Positions 34,567 through 47,018 of a stretch of 64,000 nucleotides of DNA are shown here, piece by piece. The notes under the pieces are model-generated. The model searched no databases. It was not told where the DNA came from and worked only from the letters and a program-made list of their open reading frames with translations. This DNA is from Phaeosaccion multiseriatum (lineage: Eukaryota > Protista > Ochrophyta, other classes): contig OZ218962.1 in NCBI GenBank assembly GCA_965112735.1, positions 310,001 to 374,000 of the forward strand. Direction: 5' to 3'. Position 1 is the stretch's first letter; each line of letters opens with the position of its first letter. Made by a program: the position numbers and the translations under genes.

Positions 34567-35342
34567 TGTGTGTGGGTGAGTGGGTCGGCAGGAGAAGGGC
34601 CTCCCTTTCACACGTAGCTTGGAAGGCGCTGAAAGCAGTTGCTCCCCACTGACAATCTTCGGATGTCCTATCGCACAACCACACGACCGAGGCACTCCTT
34701 ACACCCCAGCAACCCCCTCAACAAGCTCACCGCCACAAGCTCACAAAGGCTCACCACTGGGAAGTACGTAAGTAAGTACGTAAGTAAGCTTACAAAGCAT
34801 GCCTGACTACATTCGCAAAAAGCCCGTATGTCATATGTAAGCACACAAATAACATGCACACACGTTACGTAATTATACGTACCTGGTGCCGTACCATTTC
34901 TCCTTGAGGTTTGCCTTGGCGGCGCACTCCTTGGCGACGAGCGTTACAAGAGGGTTGGAGGGTTGCAAGCGGGACAGCAGGGCGTTCGACAGGGACGAGG
35001 ACCGCGTGTTGCCGGTGTCCGAGCTGGGGTAGGGGAGGGGGGGTTGGAGTGAGGGAAGGGAGGGGAGGGGAGGGAGGGGAGAAGGGGGTCACTGATGCGG
35101 CCCAGAAGACCGGCTATCGTTGCAATAGAAAGACCATTGGCCTATACCACCAGCCTTTCGTCCCTCTCTCTTTCACGCCTCTCTTTCCCTCCCTCTCTCT
35201 CTGTCTCCCTCTCTCTCTCGGTCGCCCTCCCTCCCTCCCTACCTCCCTCCGTCCGTCCCTCCCTCCCTCACCTGTCTCTGAACCTGAGCACTGGGCCGGA
35301 GAGGACCTTGTTGGGACGATATGGACACAGCCACACACACAC

Positions 35343-35390
<48 letters not shown>

Positions 35391-38300
35391 ACACGCACAG
35401 AGAGAGAGAGAGATAGAGCGTCAGCTATCCCCGCCCCCCGAGATTGGCCCACAAGGAAAAAGCGAACCAACGCGAGGAGGGGCGTCCCCTTGAGCAATTT
35501 CAGTTTCAGCACTCGGGAGCACGAGGCCACGCTTCTGTCACTCTGCACGCACTCACGGGGTGGGGTCCCGCGTCACACGCCATACACGCAAACATGCATG
35601 TACACACTCACTCACTCATGCACTTGCTTACCTTCTCCAGGGGGTAGTTTTGCATGTTGGAGGAGAGGCCCTCCACCAGGGGCAAGGGCTAGGAGGAGGG
35701 CAGAGAGGCAGGACAGCGGGGTATGTCAGCCGAGGCAGTCAGCCGAGGCAGTGAGCGGAGCAAGTCAGTCAGTACTTGGTGTCAGTCAGTACTTGGTGTC
35801 AGTCAGTACTTGGTGTCAGTCAGTACTTGGTGTCAGTCAGCAGGGGGCAGTCAAGCAGGAGCCCCTCAGGGGACGCCACTTCCGTTACTGCACGTGAGTT
35901 TAAAGGCCAGGGCAAATCTCCTGATCCTCCTCCTCCTCCTCTTCCTCCTCCTCCTCATCCTCCTCTTCCTCCTCCTCCTCCTCCTCCTCCTCCTCCTCCT
36001 CCTCCTTCTCCTCCTCCTCCTCCTCCCCCTCCTCCTCTTTCTCCCTCTCCTCCTCCATCCACTGCCATCTCCTTCCCCACTCACCTTGCCCTTCTCCACT
36101 AAGTTCCAGCTAATGTCGGAAAGAAGCCTGAGCTCCTCAGCCACAAAGGATGGGATGCCCTCCTCACGCACCATGCGGAGATAGCTGAGAGGCATATGGG
36201 AGGGCGGCCACCCACATGCACACACACACACACAGAGAGAGAGAGAGCGAGAGAGTAAGAGAGAGGTACACACACATAGAGAGAGACTGACTGAGTGAGT
36301 GAGTGAGAGTGAGTGAGTGAATGGGTGAGGGATTGAGTGATTTGAGTGCGTGAGTGAGTGCGTGAGTGAGTGAGCAGGTGAGAGTGTGAAGTAAGTGAGT
36401 GAGACGTGAGTGTGTGGGTGACTGACTGACCTAAAGACAGCGGAGATGATGTCCAGGCGGTGCTTGAAACCCTCCTGAGTCAAGTCGATCTCCATCTGAT
36501 AGCGATACGCATGGGATGGGGACACACACATACACACATGCACACATGCACACATGCACACACGTACACACACACCACACAAACACACAAACACACACAC
36601 GCGCGCACAGAGGGAAGGGATGTAAGCCTAACCCTAACCCTAAGTAAGGGGTTCAGTAAGGGAGGGAGCCCAGCGCTCTCTTCCTCTTGCTCTCTGATCT
36701 ATTGGGGCACCTCTCCCGTCAGTCTTCTTACTACTGTGCAAAATACGAATACATAAGCACACGCCCACGTCCACATGCACATCCACATAGACACGCATGC
36801 GTAAACAGACACACCCACACCCAAACACACACTCTCTCACACATGCAAACACACACACATCTGCACCCACACGCGCTCGCTCACGATCCATCAGAAAACC
36901 ACCCCAATGCACAATCATAGTTACGTAATAGCACGGAATACGGTAGTAGGGGTGTGTAGTGAAGTTACGTAGGAGGTGCGCATGCGTCACGTAACAACTG
37001 ACCTGGAAGGAGAGCAGGTCGTCCACATTCTCCCCGATGCCCACGCCGAGACCGTTGGCCCAATTCCGCTTCTTGAGCAGCGACAGGAGGGAGCCAGGGC
37101 CCTCGTGGCCGAGCAAGGAGCCGATGGGGCCATCGGGCTTCATCAGGAGGAAGGCTGTGGGGGGGGGGAGCGGGGGAGGGAAAGAGGAGAGGGTCTAAGC
37201 CATGCGCGAGAGTATCTGGTTTCGTGTGGTTGTGTGTGTATGTGTGTGTGTGTGAGTGTGTTGTGTGTGTGCGTGTGCGCCCCTCCGACTGACCCTCTCG
37301 CGCGTCCGGGCTGTCCTGGGGGAGCATCCATGACAGAGCGAGCTTACGAGCGTCCGTTACGGGCACCACATTGTAGGAAGTCAGCGAAGCTGTTTAGGGG
37401 GTTGGGGGGGGGGGGAGTAGAGGCATATAGGCAGGGCAGGGAACAAGGAACAAGGCAGAGGAGACGGATGAGAGCAACGGGGCGGAGAGGAGAGGATCAA
37501 CATATAATAGAGGCGTATGGGGCACATATGACAGGACAGGGGCGGAGAGGAGAGGATCAACATATAATAGAGGCGTATGGGGCACAGATGACAGGACAGG
37601 GGCGCTGTACATCCCAGGGGGTTTGCCCACGTGGGCGCACGGTTCCGACAGTTCCCAAGTGTGCGCGTGCGTAACCCGCCCCCGTGCTTGCGTGCGTGCG
37701 TGGGTGCGTGCGTGCGTGGGTGCGTGCGTGCGTGGGTGCGTGTGCGTGCAGTGCTTACATGCTGGTAAGTAGGGCGGTATGTTGCCTTGCCATCGGGAGG
37801 AGGCGGGCGGGGGGAAGCCCCTGCTGGGTATATCACTGAAAGTCTTCTTGACGAGCTTCTGCAGCTGGTTCAGGCTCTCCTTGCCTGTAGTAGAGGCATG
37901 TGGAGAGAGGGCATAGCAGAGGCATATGGGCAGGATCAGGTTGGGAGGGGAGAGGGGAGGGAGAGGGGGATAGAGACGTACAAACTCTTACTCTGACTAC
38001 AGAAACTGAAAGTTGGAAGTGTCACAACACACACACACACACACACACGCACCCAGGACACAGAGTGCCATCCGATTGGCGGCGTAGTTGGCCTCGTAAA
38101 AGTCGAGGAGGGCCTGCCTTGTGTCGATGCCGAGTCTCTTTGGCTCCTCGAGCAGCGTGTTCATGTTGCCGGTGCCGAACTTGGATTGGGGATGCAGGGG
38201 GTTGGCGCGGCTCTTCTCCAGTTGGTAGACCCTGTGATTGTGAGGACAACCAACACCGCACGGAGGAGGAGGAGGAGGAGGAGGGGTAAGATGAGCGCTT

Positions 38301-39274
38301 CAGCTGACATGCACTAACTGTCGTGACATTTGCTCACTCCGTGTCCTGACACCCACTCCCTCCTCCACCTGAAACTGTCACCTGAAACTGTCGCTCTGCA
38401 AGTTCTTCTTGTTCTCGCTCTCAATGGCGTTGAGCTCCCTCTCCGTGGCGGCCGTGGTGAACTGTGGACTGATAAAGAACTGGGCAAATAGATCCAAGGC
38501 CCCCTGCGATCCGACCGACCGATAGACGGACAGACCGACAGATAGACAGACAGACCAATCAATCAAAAACAGCCCGTGGCAGAGAGGAGCAGAGAGAAGA
38601 GAAGAAGAAAAAGCAGAGGAAGCACAGAGTGGTGCATGCAAAAGAGGAAACGTCAGGGCAGAGGGCGGAGGCAGCAAACGGGACATCTTGGAAGGAAGAG
38701 AGGGGCGGATGAGGAAGGATGGGCCCCCACCCTTGCCACGAGCCCGGCAGCCGTGCACCTCCCCCGACCTCTAGATAGTCGGCGTTGACGTCGAAGAAAT
38801 AGCACGTGTCGTCAGCCTCGGTGTAGGCGTTGCTGCTGCCCCCGTGCTTGCTGAGGTAGGACGAGTACGCGTTCTCATCTGGGTACTTGGAAGTGCCCAG
38901 GAAGAGCACTGAATATACACACACACACACACGCACACACACACCACATCACATCGACAAGACCGAGGGGAAAGGAGGAGGGGGCGGAGCAGGAGGAGAA
39001 TGACGAGGAGGAGGAGGAGGAGGAGGAGAAGAAGGAGGAGAAGGTGTGCACAAGACAGACGATAGCGACATACCGGCTTTCTTTCCCCCTTTTGGGCCCC
39101 TTTTGGGCCCCTTTTGGGCCCCTTTTGGGGGGTGGTAAAGCACCACGAGCCCCTCCCCTTCCTACCGGCCCTATCCACTCCTCTCTACTCGGAAACATTG
39201 CAAGAGAGGTCATTCACAGATGGCCCCTCTCACTTTCCCAAGCGCTGCAGCGGTCCCCTCGTTTCCTTCAACGC

Positions 39275-39309
<35 letters not shown>

Positions 39310-40629
39310 CTTTTCTCTCTCTCCCTCTCTTGCTCTCTCTCTCTCTGTGTCACACACACGGGGCTGGTCTCACTCAGCTTCAGCCTGAGCCCGGCGCGGC
39401 GCTTGCTCTCTTTCACTGACTCACTGTGCTCGCAGAAGTGCGCCAGGCCGGGGATGACGTCAGGGTCGCTGTAGTGCCCCACGTGTACGTCCATCGCTGC
39501 CGCCGCGTTCTTGGTGCCAGGGTCGCTCACCAGCAGCACCTGATTCAGAGGCATACCGGGGTGTGGGGGGGGGAGGAAGGGAGGAGAGTGCAATGTTTAG
39601 ATTGAGTGAGTGTGTGAGTGTGTGAGTGTGTGAGTGAGTGAGTGAGTGAGTGAGAGTGAGTGAGTGAGTGATGAGAGAGGTGAGGTTTTGAACAAAGGGG
39701 GTCAAGGGTGAAGAAAGTGGGAAGGAGGAAGAGCAGCCAGCAATCGCAGGCCTAGCAAGGACTTTCCGGGCGAGCAAGTAGGCAGTGCTTTGGCCCCCCT
39801 CCGCTGCTCAGCTCACCTTGAGCCCGTTGGGCAGTACGAGGCCTCTGTACTCTCGGCTGTCTCTTGGAGACTTTTCTATCTCACCCACCACCACCATGGA
39901 GCGTCCAGCCGGGGAGTCTCGGGCGGACGCTGCCAACCCCGCCTCTGCAGATGCAAACATCGCCCCGAGGCTGGCCAGTGCCGCCGCCGTACTGGTGACG
40001 GCCTCTCGCCGGCTCAGAGGAGGAAGGACGTTCCCCATCTGCTGCGTGTCCAGCAGACTTGCGAAAGGTCCGAAGGGAGAGAAAGGAGTTTCCTGTGCAA
40101 AATCATCACGGTGTGGCCGCCGCCGCCGCCGTTGCTGTCGCTGATCACCCTCACTCTGCCCCTCTTCGTCGGCCCTTTCGGTGTCACCTTCCTCAGTCCT
40201 TTCACCCCCTTTCGCCTGCAGCAGCAGCATCCAATGGGATTGCCGGTGTCTAGTTCTCTTCTCAATACTTTTGCTGTGGCTTCCTCGCCGCCGCAGCAAC
40301 AGAGACGCGGTTCCTCCTTCTCCTCCTTCTCCCTTCCCTCCTTCACTCCTGCTCCTTCTGCCGGTCCTGCTTTCCGTGCATCCTCTGAAGGACAGCGACA
40401 AAGGAGAAGTGCCTTGAAACCCTTGGACGCCATCCGTGTGACAACAGAGGAGCAGCAATACTTGTGCCAGAACAAGGACAAGCACCGAAGTCTTCTTCCC
40501 TCTCCCTCCAGCAGCAGGAGTTTTGGAAGGCAGCCCTGCAGCAGCAAGCCCTGCAGCACGAGAGCAAGCAGGAGGGCAAGAGCCCGTGCTGCATCGCGAC
40601 ACCCTTCTGTGTCTGGTAGCTGGGGACAT
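28497..40629 (-). CDS. Insulysin/pitrilysin-like M16A metallopeptidase, probably plastid-targeted; many exons
   Basis: [43 protein letters not shown]|[13 protein letters not shown] (HXXEH), [61 protein letters not shown]. Hydrophobic signal-like segment near the N-terminus. Terminal exons are approximate. Confidence 0.92.
31042..31338. repeat. Intronic 18-bp minisatellite (aagcaccgcagaagcgtc, ~16 copies)
   Basis: Directly visible tandem array with cgc/cga/cac variants; no spacers. Confidence 0.95.
32116..32345. repeat. Intronic 58-bp G-rich minisatellite (4 copies) built from GGGTA units
   Basis: 'tatgg' recurs at 32120, 32178, 32236 and 32294. Confidence 0.92.
35763..35838. repeat. 17-bp tandem repeat (gtcagtcagtacttggt, ~4 copies) in an intron
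   Basis: Directly visible. Confidence 0.85.
37479..37603. repeat. 60-bp tandem duplication in an intron
   Basis: ggggcggagaggagaggatcaacatataatagaggcgtatggggcaca.atgacaggaca occurs twice. Confidence 0.9.
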
Positions 40630-40765
40630 CCCCAGCTGTGTGCTTACAGCAGGAGAGGGAACAGAAGAGGAGAAGATTGAAGATGCTTTTCGATTTTCTG
40701 AAGTCAATAATCAAACTCAAACTCAAACTGCCTTATTGACATCTTCCACTCTCTTCTGCCTTCAC

Positions 40766-42122
40766 TCAATCCAACAGCTTCGAGAAGAGAGTACTTGACA
40801 GCTGGACCTTGCGTGTTGGAGGGTCCCCGCTGCTGCTGTTGCTGCTGCTGCTGTCCCTACTGCTGGACGCCTCTTGAGCAGACGCTCCAGCACTCCCCCC
40901 CCCCTTCGCCGCCTGCTGCTGCACCACTCTTCTGAGCACCTCGCCTGCCTGGACCACGTTCTTTGAACCGACCTCGTCAAGAGCGGCGATGCGCTCCGAA
41001 ACAGCAGGACGGGCCTTTCGCTCTGACAGCTTGGGGCCGAACTTGCCGCCGGGCTTGTAATCTGCACGACGGAGAGGGGGGAAGGGAGAGGAAGGAGGAG
41101 GAAAGGCCGGGGGAGGGGGAGGGGAGGGTAAATGGGGGCGGGGCGGGGAGAGACTGAAGGAAACTGTCGAAACTGTCAAGGGGAGAGAGCAGCCTGAGTA
41201 AGACCTCTCGAAAAGGAGTCATTCGCCGCCATTGCGTGCCTCCGTTCCCCTGCCATGCCCCCCCCCCCCCCCCCTAGTGCTCCCTTCACTGCAGAGAGAA
41301 CAGCCCTCATTGACGGTAGGAAGAGCAGAAAGACAGACAGCAAACGAGTCGTACTACTTTACCTTCAACGTCGACGTACTCCACATTGGGGTCGGGGTTC
41401 TTATCCCTCTCCGCCTTCTCCTTCTCCCACTTATCCGTCTTGTCCTTCTTCTGCTGCTCCCTGCTGCTTATCATGTGCTGACTCACCACGTCCTGTTGGT
41501 GGAAGCGGTCTTCCGGAAGGATGTCGGTTTCAGAAAGCGGCGCCTCCATCGGAATGCTCCCGTCGCCCTCCCCCTCGTATACGCCGCTGTACTTATTGTA
41601 CCCCTCGGGGAACTTGAGATGAAACTTGTCCTCTGCAAACTCGGGATCCCCCCCCTCCTCCTCCTCCCCTCCCTCCTCCCCTCCCTTGTTCTTGCCGCCG
41701 CTGCTGCTGTCCCCTCCACCTGCCTCTCTCTGGAGAGCGCGAGCCAGCATGTAGGGTTGCGAGCCTGCGTCCGGAAGCACCGCTAGATCAGTCTTATCTA
41801 CCCTGAGCTCCACCGTGATGGCGCACATGTGGGGGTCCAATGAGGCCTCTGCAGAGCTGGGCAACACCGCGTAGGGCAGCAGCCGAGTGAGCGGGTGGTG
41901 CCCCGGCAGCTTGGCCACCAGTTGGTACTCCGACAGCCGCAAATTCACAGACCTCAGGCCGGCCTCAGAGCACAGCTCCGGGTCCAACCCTTGCAGTTCC
42001 ACCTCCAGCACATCGGGCCAGGCCTCTACCGGCTGCTCCAGCATGCTGTCGGGGGCCTCCAGAGCGGACATGTCTAGAGCTTCCTCCCGACCGATCCAGC
42101 GAGCTTTGATGCTGCCCTTGAG

Positions 42123-42180
<58 letters not shown>

Positions 42181-43846
42181 TCCGGGGAGTTCATTTGCGT
42201 ATTGCGTTTTGCGTGTAGAGTTTTGAGTTTTGGTGGTGTTAGAAGCGAAGTGAGGCAAAGAGAAGGAGTGAAGCACGCGTGAAGCATACGGTCGTGGTGT
42301 TGAGCAAAGCCAGCAAGCCTGGTCTGACACGTTGGGGGGGGGGTGAGGCAGGAGAGGACGCACGCACCCACAAGCCAAAAGCCAAGGAGAAAGGAAGTAC
42401 CACTTGTCCGCCCGACTCGGAAACCCAAACGAACCTGCGACAGGGGCTTGGACGGTGCAGCTGCAGCCCTCTGGGGTGCCCTCGCCTTGGGCCTTGTGTC
42501 GGATATCTCCTCAATCTTGGGCTCGAGCTTGATGTCTCGGATGTACTGGGCCACAGTCTCCACCCCCTCCCCCTTGTAGGCAAGCTTGGGTAGCTTGTAC
42601 TTTGGGTCCAAGGTGCATTTGTACTTTGTCTCAACGTACTGCATGGCCAGGTGGCAAATGAAGTCCCGGTGAGTGCCTGAGCGGAGGGGACAGCAGCAGC
42701 AGCAGCAGCAGCAGAGTAGTTCACCGTTCATTGTTCATGAAACAGTCGGTGGGTCAGCAATCTAAGCGGCATGGCTGTGGCCTTATCTGGCTTACAATCC
42801 GTCTCCCTCCTCACCTGTCTTATCGTCCTTGGCCTCCTGCAGCACCTTGGGATTGAACACGGCATCGTACACCGTGCACTCGGCGCCCTTGTTGTCCGTC
42901 ACCTGTCGGCCGGGCCCGATGCTGATGGGGATGTTCAGACCCTCCACCTCCTCCCCCTTGTCGTCCAGCTTCTTCTTCTGCGACGGCTCGGCGATGAGCT
43001 CGCTGGAGCACACGTTTATGAACACTTTGCTGCCATCCTCGCCCCCCTCGCCGCCCCCTCCTCCCTGACTGTCGGCTGCAGCTGGCACCAGAAGCTTGGT
43101 CTTGACGGCAAAGCCCTTGTCAGGCACCATCTTGATGCCCTGCTGCTTGGGAGCGTGTGCGCTCAAGCCAGGGAGGTCCATTTTCGCCGCCCTTGCAGCA
43201 GCCGAGTCCCCCTCCATTTCCCCTTCTACACCCAACCCCCCTGGCCCTCCCGGCCCTCCCAGCCCCCCACTTCCAGTTCCTATGCCGCCCGTCCCCGCTG
43301 CTGCTGCTGCTGCTGTTGCTGCCGAGCCCCCTCCCCCTGTGTTCAGTGACTTGAGGGCCTCAAGCAGCCCCTCCACCCCTTCTCCTCCGCCTGGACTTTG
43401 CTTCCCCTGTTGCCCCGCAGGTGCAGGACGTGCGGCCGCCTCCTCCGCCAGCATCTGCGCGTAGGCCTCTGGGTTCTCTGCGGCAAGCTTACTCATCTGT
43501 TCCATGTACTGCATCAGCATCTCGTACTGGAGAGAGTTTGTGGGGGCAAGAACGGACAGAAAGGAGGGGCGCAAGGCCGTGAGTAAGGCACGAGCGAAGA
43601 GGCCAGCGAAATGGAAGTGAGAGGAGCGCGGCTCCCCTCATCCCGCTCCGGCCTATCGCTGGGAAGGAGTTGTCTCCGCCCGCTTAGTGGCCTCACCTCT
43701 TCAGGATTGTTCTGCTGCAGCTTCATGAGCTGTTGCACTTGCATCGCTGCAGCACTGTCCTCATCGCCGTCTCCGCCCATTTTCCCAATAGCAGGCATCT
43801 TCACCTCCTGAATGCTACTCTTCACCTCCTGTATGGGGGCGACCAT
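40766..43846 (-). CDS. PIH1-domain protein (R2TP-like / axonemal dynein pre-assembly co-chaperone family)
   Basis: MVPDKGFAVKTK..KVFINVCSS..LNIPISIGPGR..DNKGAECTVYDAVFNP..FICHLAMQYVETKYKCTLDPKYKLPKLAYKG is a PIH1 N domain. It is followed by a CS-like region and an LPEDRFH motif. The exact subfamily was not assigned. Confidence 0.88.
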
Positions 43847-43914
43847 TGCCGCTAGTTTCTCTCCTTGAATTGAAGAATCAAGGGAAAGGGGAAAGGAAGA
43901 GATAGATGAAACCG

Positions 43915-44005
43915 CGAGAGAGGGTTCAGATCTTTCCTACTGGCATACGATAACGCACAACGAGAGAGGGTTCAGATCTTTCCTGCTGGTACACGACAAC
44001 GCACC
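43915..44005. repeat. 46-bp imperfect tandem duplication immediately upstream of the PIH1 gene
   Basis: cgagagagggttcagatctttcctRctggYaYacgaYaacgcac occurs twice. Confidence 0.8.
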
Positions 44006-44307
44006 ACTCGCCCCCGGGTGCCGCGTTTGGAATCCACAACCACAACGGGTGATGATGTCGACGTTTCTGTGATTTTTGGGCCACCAACACGCAAACTGGC
44101 CTTCCTCCCCCTTTGATTTGATATCCTCTCAACACTTTTTAAAGGAGGATCAAAGGAGAAGGAGCTGTGCTGCAGGTGGAGATGGTGTCCTTGCTTCCGC
44201 AGATAGGTAGAAGTTCTTCCCCAAAGGAAGCAGGCTCAGTCGTATGGAGAGAGGAGAGGAAAGGCACGTGTCAGGGACTCGAAGGGACGAGGTGGTCGCC
44301 TCCAACT

Positions 44308-44826
44308 TCGGCCCCGTGCACGCCTAGCGGCCTAGGCCTATTTTGGAAAATTGCCCGGCCTAGCGAGGGCTGTAGGCCCTCGGCCTATTTATAGGCCGCC
44401 TAGGCGGCGGCCTAGGCGGGGGCCGGAGGCCCGCGGCCTAGGGCAGACGCCAACTAGGCGCAGGTCCAGGGCGGGAATAAGCTCGTATGCCCCTGGGCTG
44501 GCCCGGAACCCGCCCAAGTGTCGTCAGTTTTAAGCAAATGTATTGCATGGGATAAGTGAGGAGTAGACTTGGTTCGTGTTGTCTCTTTCCGCCTCGCTGG
44601 CCCTACGAGGAGTGCAGGCCTACAGGTGTGCTGCTACCCACTGGCTGGGCGGCACCACGCACGCGCCCACGGTCTGGGAGGCTGCCTAGAGGCGGGCTAA
44701 GGCCGCCTAGGGCTGAAAAGTGAGCGGCCTAGAGCGGCCGGAGGCCGCCGGCCTAGGCCTATTTCAGCCGAAGGCCGAGCGGCCTAGCGGCCTAGAGCCT
44801 AGGCCGCTAGGCGTGCACGGGGCCGA
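44308..44826. mobile_element. 519-bp MITE / non-autonomous TIR element
   Basis: TIR TCGGCCCCGTGCACGCCTAGCGGCCTAGGC (44308-44337) is the exact reverse complement of 44797-44826. TCCAACT flanks both sides (44301-44307 and 44827-44833). Many internal GGCCTAG/CCTAGG motifs; no coding capacity. Confidence 0.93.
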
Positions 44827-44829
44827 TCC

Positions 44830-44883
44830 AACTATCGAACTATCGAACTATCGAACTATCGAACTATCGAACTATCGAACTAT
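44830..44883. repeat. 8-bp tandem repeat (aactatcg, ~6.7 copies) starting within the MITE's right TSD
   Basis: Directly visible. Confidence 0.9.
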
Positions 44884-45815
44884 TGTACAGCGGGGAACGG
44901 CAGACAATGCAGAGAGGGGTGTCGCGAGAAAAGTTGAGGAGGCGACAGCAGCGGGGCTAATGAACGTAGACTCGACTCGGAATGACTGATGACTAAGACA
45001 GTCGGACTGACTGATGACTAAGACAGTGTGACGAAGCGTCGTGTCGTGTGAGCTCGCTCTTACGTACCGTAGGTCGACAATACCGAGACCAAAAAACTGA
45101 AATTGACAACCCTCTCCTCTCGCTTCCCCCCCGCCTCTCTGTTTCTCGCCCCGCCGCCAGGGCTTTCTCCCTTTTTTTATCGCTCCTCTTCTTTCTCTCT
45201 CTCTCTCTCTCTCTCTCTGACTCCCTCTCGTCTTTCGTTTCGCGTTCCTCTCAAAAAATGATATGAAGCACTGGCTCATTCCCTGCAGTGGTAGGAGGAG
45301 GAGAAGCAGCACCACGATCAGCAGCCAAAGCAAGTGTTTCCTTTCGTTTGCTTTGGCTGCTGATCGTAGTGCTGCTCCTCCTCCTCCTCCTCCTCCTCCG
45401 CCGAAGGATATACATCGGTCCTGACACCGCCCACTCCTTAAGAACATGGACTAAGATGGACTTGCGTCCGTCACACATGTACCATCAGCAGCAGCAGCAG
45501 CAGCAGCGGCAGCAGTGTCGTTCCCGGCTCTCCTTCGCAGACACAGGAGCCACTTTCGCCTCTCAAACGCTGTAGCAGCAAAGGGGGGGGCAAGAGGGGA
45601 GGGTCAGGACACCGCTTGCGGCACGACGGGACGTTTGAGTTGGGCACCAACACGTGTCTGCCCCACGGAAGAGGAGCGCCTAGCAGGCGGGCAGGGAGTG
45701 AAGAGAGCACAAACAGACAGCACCCCGAGCTCTCTCACCCCTCTACCTACCTACCCGAGCTGTCCTCAGCCCCCCCTCCCCTCTGCCCTCCTCCCCGCCC
45801 GTCCACCCGGGTCCT

Positions 45816-46796
45816 CTATCGTCCCGGTCCGTTCTGTCCCTCACCTGCGTCTCGGCGCCGTTTGCCTGCCTCAGCCATTATCAAGGCCGCGACATCGCCG
45901 TGGCCCCTCTCCTCCGCCATCTCCAGGGCAGTCTGACTAGCGTGCCGCCACACGTTAGGTCCTGAGATAGCGTCAAGGTCACAGCCAGCGCCAAGGAGGA
46001 CTTGCACAGATGCGAGGTGGCCCTGGGCAGAGGCGGACATCAAGGGTGTCAGCTCTCCCAGCCCTGACCTCATGTCGACGTCCGCCCCCCAGGCGAGAAG
46101 GACCCTGCAGATCTCCGATTGGTTGTAGATGGCCGCCAAGTCGAGGAGGTTATCGTCAGTGTCGTGCCCCGCCTCTGAGGCTTCCCCCACCACACCGCAC
46201 CTTTCCTCCTTGGACTCGTAGCGGTCCTTGAATTCCAACATCAGCTGCACCGCCCCCATCTCGCCGTGGCGTATCAGTTCTCTCAGCGTCACTGCGAAAT
46301 GGCTCTCGTAGATCGGGCTCTCCTTGCCTTGCCACTCCTCCAGAAACACCCGCAGCAGCGCCAGGCTTCGGCTGCGGGCGCAAAAGAGGAGCACTGATTG
46401 GTGCTCTGTGCTTGGCGGCTCTCCAGACGCTGCCTCCCATGTAAGAAGAGTCCGCAAGGCCTCGGGATTCAGGTCGTTGACAAGGGCCAGGAACACAAAC
46501 GCGATACTTGCGGTCGCAGCTCCGGAAGAGAGGAGAGCTTCCATGCAGTCCACGTGATTGTTCAAAGTCGCCAACATCAACGCGTTCATCTCACAGTCAT
46601 CGTGCGTCCGAGCCCCCGCTGCCACCAGAGCTCGAACAACCTCGACGTGCCCGGCATCCGAGGCTTCCTGCAGAGGAGACCGAGTACGTGTGCTCGCTTC
46701 GACGAGCCTGGCATCTTGTGCAATGAGAGCCTCCACCGCCGCGGTGTTCCCCTCTCCAATGGCTTCAAAAAGCGCGTCCTCCTTCGATTCTCCCAT
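45816..46796 (-). CDS. Intronless ankyrin-repeat protein (326 aa)
   Basis: ALFEAIGEGN, SPLQEASDAGHVEVVRALVAAGA, NALMLATLNNH, TPLMSASAQGH, TALEMAEERGH. Confidence 0.88.
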   Translation of the reverse strand: MGESKEDALFEAIGEGNTAAVEALIAQDARLVEASTRTRSPLQEASDAGHVEVVRALVAAGARTHDDCEMNALMLATLNNHVDCMEALLSSGAATASIAFVFLALVNDLNPEALRTLLTWEAASGEPPSTEHQSVLLFCARSRSLALLRVFLEEWQGKESPIYESHFAVTLRELIRHGEMGAVQLMLEFKDRYESKEERCGVVGEASEAGHDTDDNLLDLAAIYNQSEICRVLLAWGADVDMRSGLGELTPLMSASAQGHLASVQVLLGAGCDLDAISGPNVWRHASQTALEMAEERGHGDVAALIMAEAGKRRRDAGEGQNGPGR

Positions 46797-47018
46797 CGCT
46801 CGCCGCTGCTTCCAAGGGAAAGCTCCGTGTATTACACCCTGAAGTGCCGATCAAGTGCCAAGACAGACCAAGGGTTGCGGGTTGCAAAGGGGTATCGCAA
46901 AGGGAAAATAAAGGGCAAGAGGGCGACGGATTACAACTCGGCTACCACAGATGGCGACGGACACATGAGTACGATCGATTTGAGGGGGCAGTGAGGAAAC
47001 CGTTGAGAAAAAAGGCGC

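Noticed and set aside
36627-36643. Telomeric repeat marking a chromosome end or fusion
   Set aside because: Fewer than three units, inside an intron; too short to be meaningful.
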